From the NCBI GenBank assembly GCA_963676795.2, contig CAXXTB010000001.1, forward strand, positions 1,152,001-1,216,000: a stretch of DNA of 64,000 bases, in the 5' to 3' direction. Made by a program: the position numbers and the translations under genes. The notes under the pieces were generated by a model. It was given only the letters and a program-made list of their open reading frames with translations, had not been told where the DNA came from and did no database searches. This stretch comes from Geopsychrobacteraceae bacterium. Lineage in GTDB: Bacteria; Desulfobacterota; Desulfuromonadia; Desulfuromonadales; Geopsychrobacteraceae. Shown here one piece after another: positions 48,979-58,955 of this stretch; the stretch's first letter is position 1, and the number at the start of each line of letters is the position of its first letter.

Positions 48979-50445
48979 TCAGAAGGTGCCAAGGCCGGTC
49001 CACTCCTGCAAGCGATACTGAATTTTTTTGGCCGGAGAAGTATCGGCAAAGGTCAGATAATCGACCGTATAGATTCCGTCCAGGTTGTTCCAGAGTCGGT
49101 TGAAATAAACGGCGGCGTCGTTCATCAGCGCTGTCGATCTATTGCCCGTGATCAGCAGGTTCGTTTCCAGGTTGTAGTTCGCTACATTCCGCCGTGTCAG
49201 GTTGGCCGAGCCGCCAAGCAGTTGGCACTCTCCTGACTCTCTTTCGATCAGGGTCAGCTTGCTGTGAAATTGCTCGCCGTGGGTCTGGTACCAGCGGACT
49301 ATGATCTTTCCCTCTGTTTTTTCAATCAACTCGGCTGCGACCGGGCGGTTGGGAACCCCGTTCTTGCTGTAGCCGAAGGCATCCTTGTTCGGGTCGAGGA
49401 TAATCTCGACGGTAACCCCGCGATTTGCAGCAGCTATGAGCTGCTTCACGATCCTGCGCTGGCCAAGGTAGAACATAGCCATCTGGACTTTGTCGCCCGG
49501 TTGGGTGCTGGCCAGCTGGTGACAGAGGGTGTCACTGATAGCCGCTTCTGTCACCAGGTTGAGTTGCAGTTGTGGTTCTTCCGGGGCACCACCACGGGGC
49601 TGCCGGGCGGGCGGCAGGGGATGGAGTTCCCGGCCGGAGATTCGGGCGACCGCCTGTTCGGACTCATGGAGTTGTTCTGCCAGCTGCGGATCTTTGATCA
49701 GGAGTGCAATGTTGGAATGCCCACTGCTGCCGCCATGTGGGTTGGCCGATGAGACCATGCTGACCAGTTCATCGCCGTGATCGATCACCGCAACCTTGCG
49801 GTGATTGGCCTTGAAGTTGAGTAAGGTCAGCCAGCTGGACAGGCTGACCTTTGTGGCGCTGCCGTCAAAGGGGTGAGCCATAACCTCGCCGCGCGCCGGA
49901 ATCCAGCTCAGCAGCAGGCGCCAGGCTGTCGAATAGATAGGGTTGCTGTCACGCAGCGGCAGCAGGTTGGTGGTGATGACCCTTATCCCAGCGGCCTCAA
50001 GCCTTTGCAGTGAGCGGGCCGGCCAGCCAGCGTAGGCACTGTTGATCGGGTCGGTGATGAGATCGATGATCAACCCCGGCCGTTGCGCTTTGCGGGCGAT
50101 CAGGTGATCGACCAGCTCACCCGCCAGTTTGCGCTGCTGTTGCGGCAGGCGCTGTTGATCGTTGAAGAGGAACATGTCGAGCAGGATGTAGTGCTCGGCC
50201 TCGTCGATGAGCCTGAACAGGGTCGGGAAAATCTGCTCCTGGCGCTGTGGTTCCCCGTTCTCTGAAACACAGCTGAGATCGGCCAGGAAACGGACCTGCG
50301 AGGCCGTTGTCTTCAGTGGAGAGAAACTGGTATTCAGCCCCTGAGGCAGTGGCTTGACGGTATGCCACCAGCCGAACAGGATCAGGCAGAGCAGGATAAA
50401 GATCAGCAGCATGAGCAGGCGCCTCATCTTCCTTTTGCGAAACAT
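48979..50445 (-). CDS. Phospholipase D family protein
   Basis: Two HKD-like motifs: NHRKVAVID and FHSKL...GSAN. Confidence 0.88.
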   Translation of the reverse strand: MFRKRKMRRLLMLLIFILLCLILFGWWHTVKPLPQGLNTSFSPLKTTASQVRFLADLSCVSENGEPQRQEQIFPTLFRLIDEAEHYILLDMFLFNDQQRLPQQQRKLAGELVDHLIARKAQRPGLIIDLITDPINSAYAGWPARSLQRLEAAGIRVITTNLLPLRDSNPIYSTAWRLLLSWIPARGEVMAHPFDGSATKVSLSSWLTLLNFKANHRKVAVIDHGDELVSMVSSANPHGGSSGHSNIALLIKDPQLAEQLHESEQAVARISGRELHPLPPARQPRGGAPEEPQLQLNLVTEAAISDTLCHQLASTQPGDKVQMAMFYLGQRRIVKQLIAAANRGVTVEIILDPNKDAFGYSKNGVPNRPVAAELIEKTEGKIIVRWYQTHGEQFHSKLTLIERESGECQLLGGSANLTRRNVANYNLETNLLITGNRSTALMNDAAVYFNRLWNNLDGIYTVDYLTFADTSPAKKIQYRLQEWTGLGTF

Positions 50446-50472
50446 GTTTTTCCTTCCAGGAGCATAAAAAAG

Positions 50473-50500
50473 AAAAACGGTATCGCGTGATACCGTTTTT
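50473..50500. terminator. Palindromic terminator downstream of the YccA-family gene
   Basis: AAAAACGGTATC-GCGT-GATACCGTTTTT. Confidence 0.7.
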
Positions 50501-50524
50501 CCAATTCATCGATGTGAGCTGCTG

Positions 50525-51232
50525 TTAACGGCGGTTGCCGAAGATGCGCAACAGCATCAGGAACAGGTTGATGAAGTCGAGGTAGAGGGTCAGGGCACCC
50601 ATGATCGTCGCTTTCTTCTGATGTTCGCTGTCGGCGAAGCCCATGGCGCCGATTCTTTTCAGTTTCTGGGTATCGTAAGCGGTCAGGCCGACGAAGATGA
50701 AGACGCCGAGGTAGGTGACAATCCAGGTGATCATCGGGCTGTGCATGAAGATGTTGACCACCGAGGCGATGATGATGCCGAACAGGCCCATCATCAGGAA
50801 GTTGCCGAAACCGGTCAGGTCACGTTTGGTCGCATAGCCGTAGAGGCTCATCACGCCGAAGGTCCCCGCGGTGATCACGAAGGTGCTGACAATCGAGCTG
50901 CTGGTATAGATGGCAAAGATCGCCGCGAAGGTGATGCCGTTGAGCAGCGCATAAATGACAAACATGGCTGTTGCCGCTGAGGCACTGATCCGGTTGATCA
51001 TTGCTGACAGGGCCATGACCAGGCCGAATTCGGCGATAATCAGGATCAGGAAGTTCATCCGGCTGCCGAAGACCAGCTGCTGAACAGCCGGGACGGTCAG
51101 GGTGGCAAACGAGGCAAAGGCGGTCAGAACCAGACCGATAGCCATCCACAGGTAGACCTTGGGCAGGTAGGAGTTGGTCGCCACGATGGCTTGATCGGTT
51201 GAAAAGGTAAAATTTTGATTTGTCGGTTCCAT
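50525..51232 (-). CDS. Bax inhibitor-1/YccA family membrane protein
   Basis: KVYLWM, GLTAYDTQKLK, GALTLYLDFINLF. Confidence 0.93.
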   Translation of the reverse strand: MEPTNQNFTFSTDQAIVATNSYLPKVYLWMAIGLVLTAFASFATLTVPAVQQLVFGSRMNFLILIIAEFGLVMALSAMINRISASAATAMFVIYALLNGITFAAIFAIYTSSSIVSTFVITAGTFGVMSLYGYATKRDLTGFGNFLMMGLFGIIIASVVNIFMHSPMITWIVTYLGVFIFVGLTAYDTQKLKRIGAMGFADSEHQKKATIMGALTLYLDFINLFLMLLRIFGNRR

Positions 51233-51315
51233 GCTTCTCAATTGCTCCTATAGAAAGAGTGTGTTCCCGTTATTATATAGCAGAACTCAATAAAAACCCA
51301 AATCGGCTTTACGTA

Positions 51316-51978
51316 TCATTTTTTGCTTTGCAACGCTCTGTCCAGATCCTCCCCCTTGCCGATGATGATCAGTACATCGCTGTCCTTGATCACATGGTTC
51401 GGTGGCGGGGCCGGTATGAATTCGTCGGTCAGGACATCCTTGATCGCAATGATCGTTAACTGGTACTGCTTGCGCAGGTCGAGTTCGATCAGGGTCTTGC
51501 CGATAAAATGCTTCGGTGGTTCGGTTTCTGAAAGGGAGTATTCCTCCGCCAGGGGGATGTACTCCATGATGTTCGGGGAGGTCAGGTTGTGGGCGATCCG
51601 CCTGGCCATATCCTTTTCCGGATATATGACCTCATTGGCGCCGACCTTTTCGAGGATGCGTCCATGGTCCTCGTTCTGTGCCTTGACGCAGATCCGTTTG
51701 ACTTTCAGCTCTTTCAGGTAGAGGGTGACCAGGGTCGAGATATGCGAACGTTCCCCCATCGAGACGACGACCGCGTCCATGTCGGCGAGCTGCTGGTTCT
51801 TGAGGAACTCCCGGCTTGAGGCATCGCCCTGAATGGCATAGGAGCTGATGTCCTTGGCGGCCTGGACCTTGTCCTTGTCGATATCGATGGCGATGATGTC
51901 GTGGCCGGCTTCATACAGGGCGGCGACGACGTGATAGCCGAAGTTGCCGAGGCCAATGACACAGAATTTTTTCTTCAC
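51316..51978 (-). CDS. TrkA/KtrA potassium uptake regulatory subunit
   Basis: VIGLGNFG NAD-binding RCK domain; GTG start inferred. Confidence 0.92.
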   Translation of the reverse strand: MKKKFCVIGLGNFGYHVVAALYEAGHDIIAIDIDKDKVQAAKDISSYAIQGDASSREFLKNQQLADMDAVVVSMGERSHISTLVTLYLKELKVKRICVKAQNEDHGRILEKVGANEVIYPEKDMARRIAHNLTSPNIMEYIPLAEEYSLSETEPPKHFIGKTLIELDLRKQYQLTIIAIKDVLTDEFIPAPPPNHVIKDSDVLIIIGKGEDLDRALQSKK

Positions 51979-52033
51979 GCTAAATCTCCTTGGTAAATTC
52001 TTACCAACTGTTGGATAGGTCCTGATGCGGGAC

Positions 52034-53413
52034 CTAACCAATCATTATGTTTTCTTCCGCGTATCTCCCGCTGTTCTTGTTGGTTCTGCCGGCGATGGCA
52101 AAGGCCATGGTCAAAAGGCCGACCCGGCCGACAAACATCAGCAGGATGATGATCAGCTTCCCGGCCGCGTTCAGTTGGGCGGTAGCCCCGGTTGACAGCC
52201 CGACGGTGGCGAAAGCCGAGAAGGTTTCAAACAGGTAGCTTAAGAACATCCGGTTATTTTCGTGAGCGACATCGGTGGTCTGGGCGATCAGCAGCCAGAA
52301 CAGGGCGATGCCGATCAGGATGATCGCCATGATCGAAAGGGCCAGGGCTTTGGTAATCGCTTCATCTGGAATCGTCCTCCGGAACAGGCTGGTATGACTG
52401 TTCCCCTTGAGCCGGTTATAGAAAACGGCAATGAACAGCGTCAGGCTGGTCGTCTTGATCCCGCCCCCCGACGAGCCCGGTGAGGCGCCGATAAACATCA
52501 GGAAGATCATCAGGAACAGGGTCGCGACATGGAATTGGTTGAGGTCGATGCTGTTGAAGCCGGCGGTCCGGCAGGAGACCGACTGGAACAGCGCGATCCA
52601 GATTCCATCACCAAAGCTGTGAGCCGTCAGTGATCCGCCCCTCTCCATCAGCCAGATTGCCAGTGCACCGCCAAAGCTCAGGGCGGCTGAGGTGACCAGG
52701 ACAATCTTGCTGTGCAGGGAAAACTGCATCCGTCGTTTCTTGCTCTTTTTCAGGCGGCTGATGATTTCCTGGTAGATTTCCCGAATGACCAGGAAACCGA
52801 TGCCGCCAAAGGTGATCAGCAGTATCAGGATCAGGTTGACCAGCGGGCTTCCCTGGTAGGAAATGACACTGTCAGGAAATAACGAGAAACCGGCATTGCA
52901 GAAAGCCGAGACAGAGTGAAACAGGGCGCTGTAGAGTCCTTTCCAGAACCCCATCTGGGGAACGAAAGCGCAGGCCAGCAACAGGGTGCCGATCCCTTCG
53001 ATGATAAAGGTCATCAGGAAGATATCGCGCAGCAGCTCACGCCACGAGCTGATCGGCGTGTGCATCAGGGTTTCGTTGATGATCCAGCGGCCGCGGACGC
53101 TGACTCCGATGCGCAGATAGATGAACAGGTAGACGGAAAAGGTCGTGATGCCCAGTCCGCCGATCTGGATCAGAGCCAGAACCACCCACTGGCCAAACAA
53201 AGAGAACTGAGAACCGGTGTCGACGACAACCAGACCGGTGACACATTGGGCTGAGGTTGCGGTAAACAGCGCGTCCAGAAAATGCAGTCTGCTCCCTTGG
53301 GATGCAACCGGGAGGCTGAGGAGAATGGCCCCGAGCAGAATGGCCAGGGCATAGTAGAGCATCAGCGCTCCCCCCGGGGGGAGTTCTCTGAACCGTTTTA
53401 TCACATTTTTCAT
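52034..53413 (-). CDS. TrkH/KtrB potassium uptake membrane subunit
   Basis: CVTGL, FCNAGF, RTAGF, FATVGLS pore motifs; GGGIKT. Confidence 0.94.
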   Translation of the reverse strand: MKNVIKRFRELPPGGALMLYYALAILLGAILLSLPVASQGSRLHFLDALFTATSAQCVTGLVVVDTGSQFSLFGQWVVLALIQIGGLGITTFSVYLFIYLRIGVSVRGRWIINETLMHTPISSWRELLRDIFLMTFIIEGIGTLLLACAFVPQMGFWKGLYSALFHSVSAFCNAGFSLFPDSVISYQGSPLVNLILILLITFGGIGFLVIREIYQEIISRLKKSKKRRMQFSLHSKIVLVTSAALSFGGALAIWLMERGGSLTAHSFGDGIWIALFQSVSCRTAGFNSIDLNQFHVATLFLMIFLMFIGASPGSSGGGIKTTSLTLFIAVFYNRLKGNSHTSLFRRTIPDEAITKALALSIMAIILIGIALFWLLIAQTTDVAHENNRMFLSYLFETFSAFATVGLSTGATAQLNAAGKLIIILLMFVGRVGLLTMAFAIAGRTNKNSGRYAEENIMIG

Positions 53414-53480
53414 GAGCCGGAGTTTAGCGCAGTTTTGAAAATTTGGTAGCGAAAATTGCTTGAAGCGAACTCTGCTGGGG

Positions 53481-54218
53481 TCAGCGATTGACCAGCTTTA
53501 TTCCCTTATCCGGAAAAAGGGCGGCAATCCAGCGCATCCTGGCCGTTGTCCCTATCCTGACCGTTTGTTTTCCTTTTTCAATGTCCCGGATGCAGAGCTC
53601 TGCAGCTTTTTGTGGACTGATAGCCTGCGACGTTGCCGGTAAACGGCCTTTGTGAAAAGTTGTGTCGACCAGCGGCATCATCACTTCGATGATCCGGACA
53701 CCGCTTCCCCGCAATGACCAGCGCAGGCTCCGGGTGTATGAGTGGAGGGCCGATTTTGCTGCACAATAGAAGGGGTAGGCTGCTTTGGGAAAATAGATCA
53801 GACCGGTCGTGATGTTGATGATGGCCGCTGTCGGCTGCTTTTTCAGGTGCGGACGAAACAGCTGGCAGAGCTCAACGGGAGCGATAAAGTTCAGTTCTGT
53901 ATCGGTGCGTAAGGCGGCAGTGACGCTCTCGTCACTGTAGGGGTCGATCACCTGTTTGGCGCCGGCATTGTTGATCAGAATATTCAGCTGCGGATGGGCG
54001 GTCAGGACCTCTGTCAGAAGTTTTTCGCGTTGTTCAGCGGAGTTCACATCGCAACAGAAGGTTATCAACTCCGGAACCTGTTGTTTGGCCAGATCAAGTT
54101 TCTGCTGGCTGCGACCGCAGATGATGACCCGGTTATGAACCGCCAGCGCTTTGCTCAGGGCAAACCCGATTCCATCACTGCCGCCGGTGACTAGAATTGT
54201 GTGATCGCTCAGATTCAT
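53481..54218 (-). CDS. Short-chain dehydrogenase (DltE-like)
   Basis: VTGGSDGIG, INNAG, YCAAK. Confidence 0.9.
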   Translation of the reverse strand: MNLSDHTILVTGGSDGIGFALSKALAVHNRVIICGRSQQKLDLAKQQVPELITFCCDVNSAEQREKLLTEVLTAHPQLNILINNAGAKQVIDPYSDESVTAALRTDTELNFIAPVELCQLFRPHLKKQPTAAIINITTGLIYFPKAAYPFYCAAKSALHSYTRSLRWSLRGSGVRIIEVMMPLVDTTFHKGRLPATSQAISPQKAAELCIRDIEKGKQTVRIGTTARMRWIAALFPDKGIKLVNR

Positions 54219-54267
54219 CGGAATCTCCTTTAGTAGCGAAAGCTTGAGCGGGCATAGACAATAGCTT

Positions 54268-54894
54268 TTAGAGCAGAGTTTGATCGGGAGAATCAGGCGA
54301 GTCAAGTTGTTTGCGGATGGCCTGCAATTCTACCTCTCTGACAGCGAGATAGGAGGCTATCTGGCTGTCCGGAATTCTTGCTGCAATCGCGCTGAACTCG
54401 TTGAGAAATTTAGCGTAGCGCTCGGCTTTGCTGAGACTGATCCTGTCTGCCTGTCTGAGCTCCTGCTTGATCGCCAGTTGTTGCAGAAGTAGCAGGGAAA
54501 GACGTTCCCACTCGCCGTAGGTGTTGCTCAGGCGCTGCAGGTCTTTCTGTTTGAGGAACAGGACTGAGCAGGGTTCAATCGTTTCGATGGAGAAGGGGGA
54601 CGGGCTTCCCGTCGAGACGGCGCTGATGCTGGTCAGCATCTGGCCCTGAGACGCGAAATCTATATTCAGCTCAAGACCGGCGGAATTTGTGAAGTAGAAA
54701 CGTGTCAAGCCGGAGAGCAGAAAGCCGATGTCAAAGACACTTGATCCTGCGGTGACAATCCGGGTATTTGCCCCGAAATGACGGAACTTGAACAGCTCCC
54801 TGGTTGGCGCCCAGGCCTGTGGCGTGAAGTCGACGAAAGGATAGAAATACTGTCTTAATTGCTCAAGCTGCCGTTCTGTCGGTCTGATTGACAT
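54268..54894 (-). CDS. Crp/Fnr-family regulator (cNMP-binding)
   Basis: cNMP-binding fold, ERYAKF...IASYL HTH; start at MSIRP inferred. Confidence 0.8.
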   Translation of the reverse strand: MSIRPTERQLEQLRQYFYPFVDFTPQAWAPTRELFKFRHFGANTRIVTAGSSVFDIGFLLSGLTRFYFTNSAGLELNIDFASQGQMLTSISAVSTGSPSPFSIETIEPCSVLFLKQKDLQRLSNTYGEWERLSLLLLQQLAIKQELRQADRISLSKAERYAKFLNEFSAIAARIPDSQIASYLAVREVELQAIRKQLDSPDSPDQTLL

Positions 54895-55133
54895 CGTTGT
54901 AACTCCGAACCGATAGGATCTCTGTGGAAAATTTAGGGCTCCGCATTGCCCCGGAGGCATGCACGGGAATAAATTGAATTGACTGTTCAGCTGTCGAATA
55001 TATATGAGGAGGTTGTCATTTGTAAATGTTAATATTGGGAAAGGGAGTAAATGTCCACGCGCCTGCCTTCCGGATAGTGGGTGACGTAACACTTGATGTC
55101 GTGACCGTATGTCGGTGGCGCTGCTGACAGCTC

Positions 55134-56018
55134 TTAGCTGACCTGTTGCAGAGAGTCGAAAAATGTCTGAAACAAGACCGAACGATAATTTTCATCCCTG
55201 CTCAGAATAATCAGGTCCCGTTTTAGACAGAGCGGTGTAGTGATCTCAATCAGCCAGCCGTGATCCAGTTCTCGCTGGACGGCCATGCGCGACAGGCAGG
55301 CGCAGCCGGCTTCCGCTTCGACCGCTTTTTTGATCGCTTCTGTGTGGCCCAGTTCGAGGGTGACCGCGCAGCTTAAGTTTTCTCTCTTCAGCGCCGCTTC
55401 AAAGACATCGCGTGTTCCCGAGCCCTTTTCGCGCATGATCCATTGTCCTGCCCGTAATTCGTCTCTGCTGGCCGTACCTGTGGCCGTCCAGGGATGGTGC
55501 GGGCCGGTGATGATCACCAGTTCATCGTCGCGCCATTTATGAGCATTCAGGCTGGGAATCTGCTGATACCCCTCGCTCAGACCGAGATCCAGTTCTCCGG
55601 ACCGGACTCCGTTTTCAATCTGCGTCGCATTGCCGACCTGGAGCTGGATCCTGGCCCCGGGATGCCTGCTGGTGAAGTCAGCGATCAGCCCCGGCATCAG
55701 GTAGTTGCCGATGGTGGTGCTGGCCCCGACATGCAGGATGCCGATCGGCTGGCGCAGCGATTCGTCGAGAAACATCTCAATCTCCTGCTGCTGGACGAGC
55801 AGCTTGCTGGACAGGGGCAGGAGCTGGCGCCCCCGGTCGTTGAGAATGATCCTGTTGCCCTGGCGCAGAAACAGCGGGCTGTCGGCATGGTTCTCCAGCT
55901 GGTTCAGCGACATGCTGATCGCCGACTGGGTGAGATTCAGGGCTTCGGCCGCTCTGGTCACGCTTGCCAGTTCGGCGACTTTGCAGAAGATCTGGAGTTG
56001 TCTGAGTGTGATAGCCAT
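55134..56018 (-). CDS. LysR-family regulator (YeiE/CysL-like)
   Basis: TLRQL...SVTRAAEALNLTQSAIS, GASTTIGNY, REKGSGTR; divergent from a YeiH-family gene. Confidence 0.93.
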   Translation of the reverse strand: MAITLRQLQIFCKVAELASVTRAAEALNLTQSAISMSLNQLENHADSPLFLRQGNRIILNDRGRQLLPLSSKLLVQQQEIEMFLDESLRQPIGILHVGASTTIGNYLMPGLIADFTSRHPGARIQLQVGNATQIENGVRSGELDLGLSEGYQQIPSLNAHKWRDDELVIITGPHHPWTATGTASRDELRAGQWIMREKGSGTRDVFEAALKRENLSCAVTLELGHTEAIKKAVEAEAGCACLSRMAVQRELDHGWLIEITTPLCLKRDLIILSRDENYRSVLFQTFFDSLQQVS

Positions 56019-56167
56019 GTTTCTTTATATCAATTTGTCTGATGGGATGCATAAAAATTTTGAAATTATATTTATGGCTGGTTCGGCGTAGGGTGGCCGT
56101 ATTCGTTGAAGGCTAAAGTCGCAGGTTTATGGTTTATTTCAATTCATCGAAACGTCAGAGGTGTTTC

Positions 56168-56582
56168 TTCGGTTCTGCCCGTTAGATGGGCAAAGCCCAT
56201 CGTTGGGCGTGTTGTCAGTTGCTGGTGGGAGGCTACGTCAGAAACGCAGGAACACTGCCGACAATATAAAAAGGGCGTTTTTGTCTTGCTTTTTGAGGCC
56301 CTGGTCAAAAAGCAAGGCGGCGTTCGGTGCCGCGACCCCGAGGTTTTGATCTTGGGGTGTTGTCAGGGGACAAAATCAAAATCGCCGGTTCCCGTACCGG
56401 CAGACGTCGCCCTTTTTCTTTGATCGCAAAGAAAAAGGGCGGAAAAAGAAACTCTTTGGAAACACTGACGTAAATTGTTTCTGTCTGGCTCCGTAGCTTT
56501 TGGGCAGCATATCTCTTCACGCTCAGACAAGATGCCTTGCATCTTGAATTCGCGCAATCGCAAAGCCGGTTCCCGGCTTGGA
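56168..56582. repeat. Nested-palindrome dispersed repeat, copy C (alpha left arm, beta right arm)
   Basis: The left ~300 bp aligns with 2960-3260; the right ~120 bp aligns with 18375-18498. Confidence 0.8.
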
Positions 56583-56662
56583 TGCTTGGAACAAGCAATG
56601 AAAGCGTTGGGACTGGCTCCTTCGGAGCACAATCCCCTTGGCAACATTTTGGAGTTATTACC

Positions 56663-57595
56663 GTGCAGCAGTTTCAGTACAAGCAGATTCTGTTTATTTT
56701 ATGCGCCGTACTTTGCCTGTTTCCGTTCATGGAGGCCTCTTACGGTCTTATCCTGGGGATTGGCATCAGCCTGCTGCTGGGCAATCCCTGGCCGAAGCAG
56801 GCCGCGCGCTACAGCAAGAAACTGCTGCAGCTTTCCGTTGTCGGACTTGGCTTCGGGCTGACCCTTGGTGAAGTCTGGACAACCGGGCGCGCTTCGATCC
56901 TCTATACCTTCGTCGGGATCTGCATCACCCTGCTACTGGGGATCTCACTCGGTCGGCTGTTCAAGGTCAAAAGAACGACGGCCGCCTTGATCGCATTCGG
57001 GACGGCGATCTGTGGTGGCAGCGCGATCGCGGCCATGTCACCGGTGCTCAAGGCCGAGGATGATGAGATCGCAGTGTCCCTGGCGACGGTTTTTACTTTG
57101 AACGCGGTTGCCCTGCTGCTGTTCCCTTTCATCGGGCACCTGCTGCATTTGACGCAGGAGCTGTTCGGCACCTGGGCGGGTATGGCGATCCACGATACCA
57201 GCAGCGTCGTTGGCGCAGCATCGGTCTACGGCAGCCAGGCGCTGGCCGTCGGCACAACGGTCAAGCTTTCCCGGGCTCTCTGGATTACGCCGTTTGTTCT
57301 ACTGGTCGCCTGGCGTAACCGGTCTGCAGGAAAAGGGGCGCTGCCCTGGTTCATTCTCGGTTTCATTGCCGCCGCAGCCATTACCAGTTTGCTGCCAGAG
57401 TTTGCCGGGGCCTGGCACGTCCTGGCCCGAGTCGCACGGCAGCTGCTGGTCGTCACCCTGTTTCTGATCGGCTCGGGCTTGAGCCGCGAGCTGCTGCGCC
57501 GGGTCGGTGTGAGGCCTTTGGCACAGGGAATTGTTCTTTGGGGGATTGTCAGTTGTGCGACCCTCTGCGCGCTGCTTTTGATCGGGCTGGCCTGA
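56663..57595 (+). CDS. YeiH/putative sulfate exporter family membrane protein
   Basis: GTAICGGSAIAA, IHDTSSVVGA, VKLSRALW; GTG start after GGAG. Confidence 0.9.
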   Translation: MQQFQYKQILFILCAVLCLFPFMEASYGLILGIGISLLLGNPWPKQAARYSKKLLQLSVVGLGFGLTLGEVWTTGRASILYTFVGICITLLLGISLGRLFKVKRTTAALIAFGTAICGGSAIAAMSPVLKAEDDEIAVSLATVFTLNAVALLLFPFIGHLLHLTQELFGTWAGMAIHDTSSVVGAASVYGSQALAVGTTVKLSRALWITPFVLLVAWRNRSAGKGALPWFILGFIAAAAITSLLPEFAGAWHVLARVARQLLVVTLFLIGSGLSRELLRRVGVRPLAQGIVLWGIVSCATLCALLLIGLA

Positions 57596-57635
57596 ACGAC
57601 TTCTGAACATTCGACTTGATATGTAGGTGAGCCAG

Positions 57636-58937
57636 TTAATCGCTCTTTTCGGTCTCTGTGTCCAGGGGAGAAACGATCCTGTTTCGGCCCCGTTCTTTGG
57701 CGCTATACAGAAGACTGTCGGCTTGTTGCAGCAGGCTTGCAAAGGTCTCTGCTTCGTCAGGGATTCTTGCCAGGATCCCCTGACTGATAGTGACAATCTG
57801 TTCCGGAGATTTCTGATGGGGAATGGCTTGTTCTCTCAACTTTTGTTGAATCCGTTCTGCGACGATTCGCGTTCCCTCAAGACTCGTTTCAGGTAAAACG
57901 ATCATGAATTCCTCCCCACCATATCTCATCCCGATATCGGCAGGACGATTCTGCGCTTCCTGAATGATTTTGCCGACAATTGACAGACACTTATCGCCCT
58001 GGGGGTGGCCGTAAGTATCGTTGAAGAGTTTGAAATAATCGATATCGAGCAGAATCAATCCCAGTGGCGTCTGTTCCCTGCGCGCCTCCATAAAGATGTT
58101 TTCCTCAACGATTTTCTGGGCATAACGATTGTACAGATTGGTCAGGGGGTCGCGGATTGAGATATTTTCAAAATGTTTACGCAGGCTTTTCTGTTTATGA
58201 ACATCTGCATAGGCAACTTTAAGCCGAGAAATAAGGCCGTTGAACTTGTCGGTGAGCAGCGAAATTTCATTTTTCTCCTGAATTCCAAGACTGATCTCTG
58301 CTGGGGAGAGATCATCAAGTCTGGTCTTTTCAATCTCGCGGGCAAAAAGTTGCAGGGGGCGATGGACCTTGAAATGGAAGAAATAGACAAAGATCGCAAC
58401 ACTTATCAGGGCAAGGATGATTACGCCAAGGGCAAGGGAGAGCGCTGTTGACAGAAGATTCTGGCTGATGACGGATTTGTCGCTAAAGAGAAAGAGATAG
58501 CCGAATTTAATCCGTTTGCCATAGGGATTGGTGACATAGAACGGTTGCTGATAACCAAAAATAGCCATATCCGGGAAGCTCAAATGCGCTTTGCTGTCGC
58601 CAGTAAATGGACCTAATTGCTCAACCTCAATGGGGAGTGTCCCGGCGGACAAATGGAGTCCGGCACTGTCATCATAGATGGCAACGCCGCTGATACGCGG
58701 GTCGGCAAGGATCCCTTTGAAGGTATTCTCAAGCATCGGGACATCATTGTTGTAAAAGGCAACAGCAATCGGCGGACTGAAAGTCTGTTCGATGCTTTCC
58801 AGGTGCTGCTGCAGCTCGACAAGCTGCTGCTGGTAACTGAAGTAGATCTGCCCCAGAATCAGGATGATGGCCACGATCAGATAGCTGATCAGGACCTTGG
58901 AAAAGGTTTGCCACAGGAGCGTGTGTCTTGAAATCAT
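57636..58937 (-). CDS. Membrane-bound HAMP-GGDEF diguanylate cyclase
   Basis: DPLTNLYNR, DIDYFK, RPAD I-site, RYGGEEF. Confidence 0.92.
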   Translation of the reverse strand: MISRHTLLWQTFSKVLISYLIVAIILILGQIYFSYQQQLVELQQHLESIEQTFSPPIAVAFYNNDVPMLENTFKGILADPRISGVAIYDDSAGLHLSAGTLPIEVEQLGPFTGDSKAHLSFPDMAIFGYQQPFYVTNPYGKRIKFGYLFLFSDKSVISQNLLSTALSLALGVIILALISVAIFVYFFHFKVHRPLQLFAREIEKTRLDDLSPAEISLGIQEKNEISLLTDKFNGLISRLKVAYADVHKQKSLRKHFENISIRDPLTNLYNRYAQKIVEENIFMEARREQTPLGLILLDIDYFKLFNDTYGHPQGDKCLSIVGKIIQEAQNRPADIGMRYGGEEFMIVLPETSLEGTRIVAERIQQKLREQAIPHQKSPEQIVTISQGILARIPDEAETFASLLQQADSLLYSAKERGRNRIVSPLDTETEKSD

Positions 58938-58955
58938 TATCCAGCCTAGCCGATC

